Shown here: in pieces, positions 40,881-43,712 of the stretch
Layout: each line of letters opens with the position of its first letter
Numbering within the stretch: the stretch's first letter is position 1
DNA from: an uncultured Gemmatimonadales bacterium
GTDB lineage: Bacteria > Gemmatimonadota > Gemmatimonadetes > Gemmatimonadales > GWC2-71-9
Direction of reading: 5' to 3'
Length of the DNA: 43,712 nucleotides
Assembly: GCA_963798915.1 (NCBI GenBank)
Contig: CAWCVB010000008.1
Location: 1 to 43,712 of the forward strand
Notes under the pieces: model-generated
Told to the model about the DNA's origin: nothing
What the model saw: the letters and a program-made list of their open reading frames with translations, nothing else
The model's database searches: none
Position numbers and translations under genes: made by a program

Positions 40881-43712
40881 TCACACCTCCAACCGGTCCT
40901 CCTTCCGGGCTACCATCTGGTACAGCACCGGGGTGGCAAATACACTGATGACAAGCCGCGAAAACAGACCGCCCACGATCACCATCGCAAGGGCCGCTGG
41001 GAGTCCGATCCCACCCCATGGGAAAACGCCGCCGGCAAGAGGCCGATCGCCGCAAGAAGCGCGGTCATCATGATGGGCCGCAGGCGGAGCATCGCCGATT
41101 CCCGGGTGGCTTCCACAATCGCCTTCCTTCCTTGCGCAGTTGGTTGGCGCATGAGATGTAGACGACAGCGGTCTGCACTGATACGCCGAACAGGGCCAGA
41201 AAACCGATACCCGATGACACCGAGAATGGGGTGTGGGTGACCAGCAGCATCAACAAGCCGCCGACCGGGGCCGAAAGGACCACGCCCACGACGGTGATGG
41301 CGGGAAACTTGAAGTTCCCATACAGCGCAAACAGCAGCAGGAAAATCACAAGCAGCGTCAGCGGCAAGATGATGCGCATTTGGGACCGGGAGGCAATGTA
41401 TTCCTGATATTCGCCACCCCAGACAATCCGGTATCCCGCTGGAAACTGGACCGCGCTTGCCCACCGCCGCCTGTGCATCTGCACCGCGCTCGCGACGTCG
41501 CGGCCTTCTACCGAATACTGCACACCGATGAAGCGCGACTCCCCCTGGCGATAGATGAACGACGCCCCGTTGGAAATCTGAATATTCGCCAGGTTCCGGA
41601 GCGGAATCAGTTGGCCATCCGGTGCGGGCACTTTGATATCGCCGATCGCTTCCGGCGTCCCACGGAACTCGGGCTGGAGTCGGACAACGAGGTCGTAGAG
41701 CCGTTCGCCCTGCGCGACTTCGGTGGCCGCCGCCCCACCCACGGCCGCCTCCAGCAATCCATTGATGTCGCCCGCATTGATGCCATAGCGCGCGATGCGC
41801 TCGCGATCCACCTCCACGGTAAACGCTGGCTGTCCCAGTTCCTGCACCACGGTCAGGTGCGCCATGCCCCTGACTTTTGCAAGCACCGCCTTGACCTGCC
41901 GAGCTTTCTGCTCCAACACCTCAAGGTCGGGGCCGAAAACCTTCACATCCAGCGCGCTCTTGAGTCCGGTTTCGGCTTCGTCCACCGCATCTTCGGCGGG
42001 CTGCGTGTAATTGAAGGTGATGCCGGGAAACTGCGCCAGTTCCAGTACAATCGCGTCAATCAGCGCCGCCTTGCCGTGGAACGGACCGCTCCACTCGCTA
42101 TAGGGCTTGAGCCCGACATAAAACTCCGCATTGAAGAAACCGGTGGCGTCGGTACCGTCGTCGGGCCGGCCGTGCTCGGACGCGACCACGGTGACCTCGG
42201 GAAACGCTTGATAATCTCCCGCACCTCAGGCACGATCCTGGACGACTCATCAAACGAGATGGTGTACGGCATGGTGGCCCGCACCCAGAGCGCGCCCTCA
42301 TCGAGGTGCGGCATGAACTCCGCGCCGATGATCGGCACCATCACCAGTGAAACCGCGAACAGCCGCGGTCACGCCAGTCGTCGTCCAGGGCCGCGCCAGG
42401 CACCAGTCCAGCCCCCGGACATATTTCGCCTTGACCCACTCGTATCCGGGATTCCGTCGTGCCCGTACGCCACGGCGGAGCAGCCAGGTGCAGAGCACCG
42501 GCAGGGCCGTGAGCGTGACGAGCAGTGAACCGATCAGCGCAAAGATCGTCGTATCCGCCATCGGCTTGAACAGCTTGCCCGATGGACCACCCAGTACATA
42601 AATCGGCAGGAACCCCGCGATGATCACCGCCATGGCGTAGACGATGGGACGGTCCACTTCCGCGGCGGCCCGCCCGATGACGTCGTACAGCCGGTATTCG
42701 GTCCCGTAGCGAAGCGCGAGCTCGCGGTGAATGTTTTCCACCATGACGACCGCGCCATCCACCAGGATCCCGAAATCGATCGCACCGATCGAGAGCAGGT
42801 TGGCAGGAATGTGGCGCACGTCGAGGAAAATGAACGCAAACAGCAGGGCCAGCGGAATGGCCGTCGCGACGATCAGTCCGGAACGCACGTCATACAGGAA
42901 GAAGATCAGCACGGCGACGACCAGCAGAATTCCGCGCACCAGGTTGGCCTCGACCGTGCGCGTGGTAAGGTGCACCAGGTCGCTTCGGTCGTAGAACGGC
43001 CTGATCCGGACGTCCTGGGGCAGCACCGAATCGTTCAGCGCGCGGGGCCCTTGCTTCAGCACCCTTGAGAACATCCTGCGCCTGCTCGCCCCGGCGCATG
43101 ACCACCACGCCCTCCACCGCGTCGTTCCGCTCATTGAAGCCGAACTGGCCCAGCCGGGGCGCATGGCCGATCACCACTGACCCGAGATCACGCACCACGA
43201 CCGGCGTGCCATTGCGCACGGTGACGACCACCTTTTCGATGTCCTCGACGGTACGAAACCGCCCCAGGCCCCGCACGTAGTAGAACTGGCCACCTTCGGA
43301 GTAGAATCCACCGCCCGCGTTTCCATTGTTGTGAGCCAGCGCGTCCATTACGTCACTCACCGAGACACCCGCCGCCGCCAGGCGGTCAGGATCGAGCTGC
43401 GCCTCGTACTGCATGGTCTCGCCGCCCATGGCAGACATGTCGGCCACGCCCGGCACCGACTTGTATGCCTTGCCGATCACCCAGTCATTCAGGTTCTTGA
43501 GCTCCATCGCCGAGCGATCGGGGCTGTCGAGTACGTAGCGGTAAACCAGGCCGGACGGCGAGGTCAGTGGAACCACATCGCTCTCAGCGCCCTCGGGAAG
43601 GTCCACGCCGGGCAGGCGCTCGAACGCTTGCTGGCGGGCAAAGTAGTCGTCAGTGCCATCCCGGAATGTCAGCGTGACGTCGGAAAGCCCATACAGCGAA
43701 ACTGACCGGACG
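40881..43712 (-). CDS. CzcA/CusA-family RND efflux transporter, 5' end outside the window, several apparent frameshifts
   Basis: PANLLSIGAIDFGILVDGAVVMVENI, GKLFKPMA, EFMPHLDEG, GRPDDGTD, WGGEY, SSGIGFLALFGVSV, RLRPIMMTALLAAIGLLP. C-terminus ..VLYQMVARKEDRLEV* ends at 40881. Confidence 0.9.

Overview
GC-rich bacterial chromosome segment, most likely Gemmatimonadota (inferred from the EF-Tu switch-I variant and ribosomal-protein extensions). The right half (23.2-40.8 kb, minus strand) is the str-S10-spc ribosomal superoperon from rpsL to map. It is split between rpsG and fusA by a terminator and a lipoprotein gene, and fusA has its own promoter and a ~250-nt structured leader. The left half holds housekeeping genes: anmK, murQ, ggt, an ABC exporter, ccdA, fur, a TIGR00300-type protein, priA, Ala-Glu epimerase, an HDAC-family protein, glyQS, penicillin acylase, purA, an M28 peptidase, a PilT-like ATPase, trpS and suhB. 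A CzcA/CusA RND pump runs off the right end. Apparent frameshifts occur only in the terminal ~3 kb at each end and are probably assembly errors. The most notable observations are: (1) a translationally coupled cassette of three small genes including a ubiquitin-fold protein without a GG tail, upstream of the deacetylase; (2) a promoter followed almost immediately by an intrinsic terminator in front of purA, a candidate compact attenuator; (3) the structured fusA leader; (4) two interspersed repeat families, GTAG-type REP palindromes hugging stop codons and 7-nt-period arrays, one inserted in frame in the penicillin-acylase spacer; (5) a degenerate PilT paralog; (6) a histone-H1-like tail on uL4 and an RGG box on uS5. 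No tRNA, rRNA, CRISPR array or transposase was seen.
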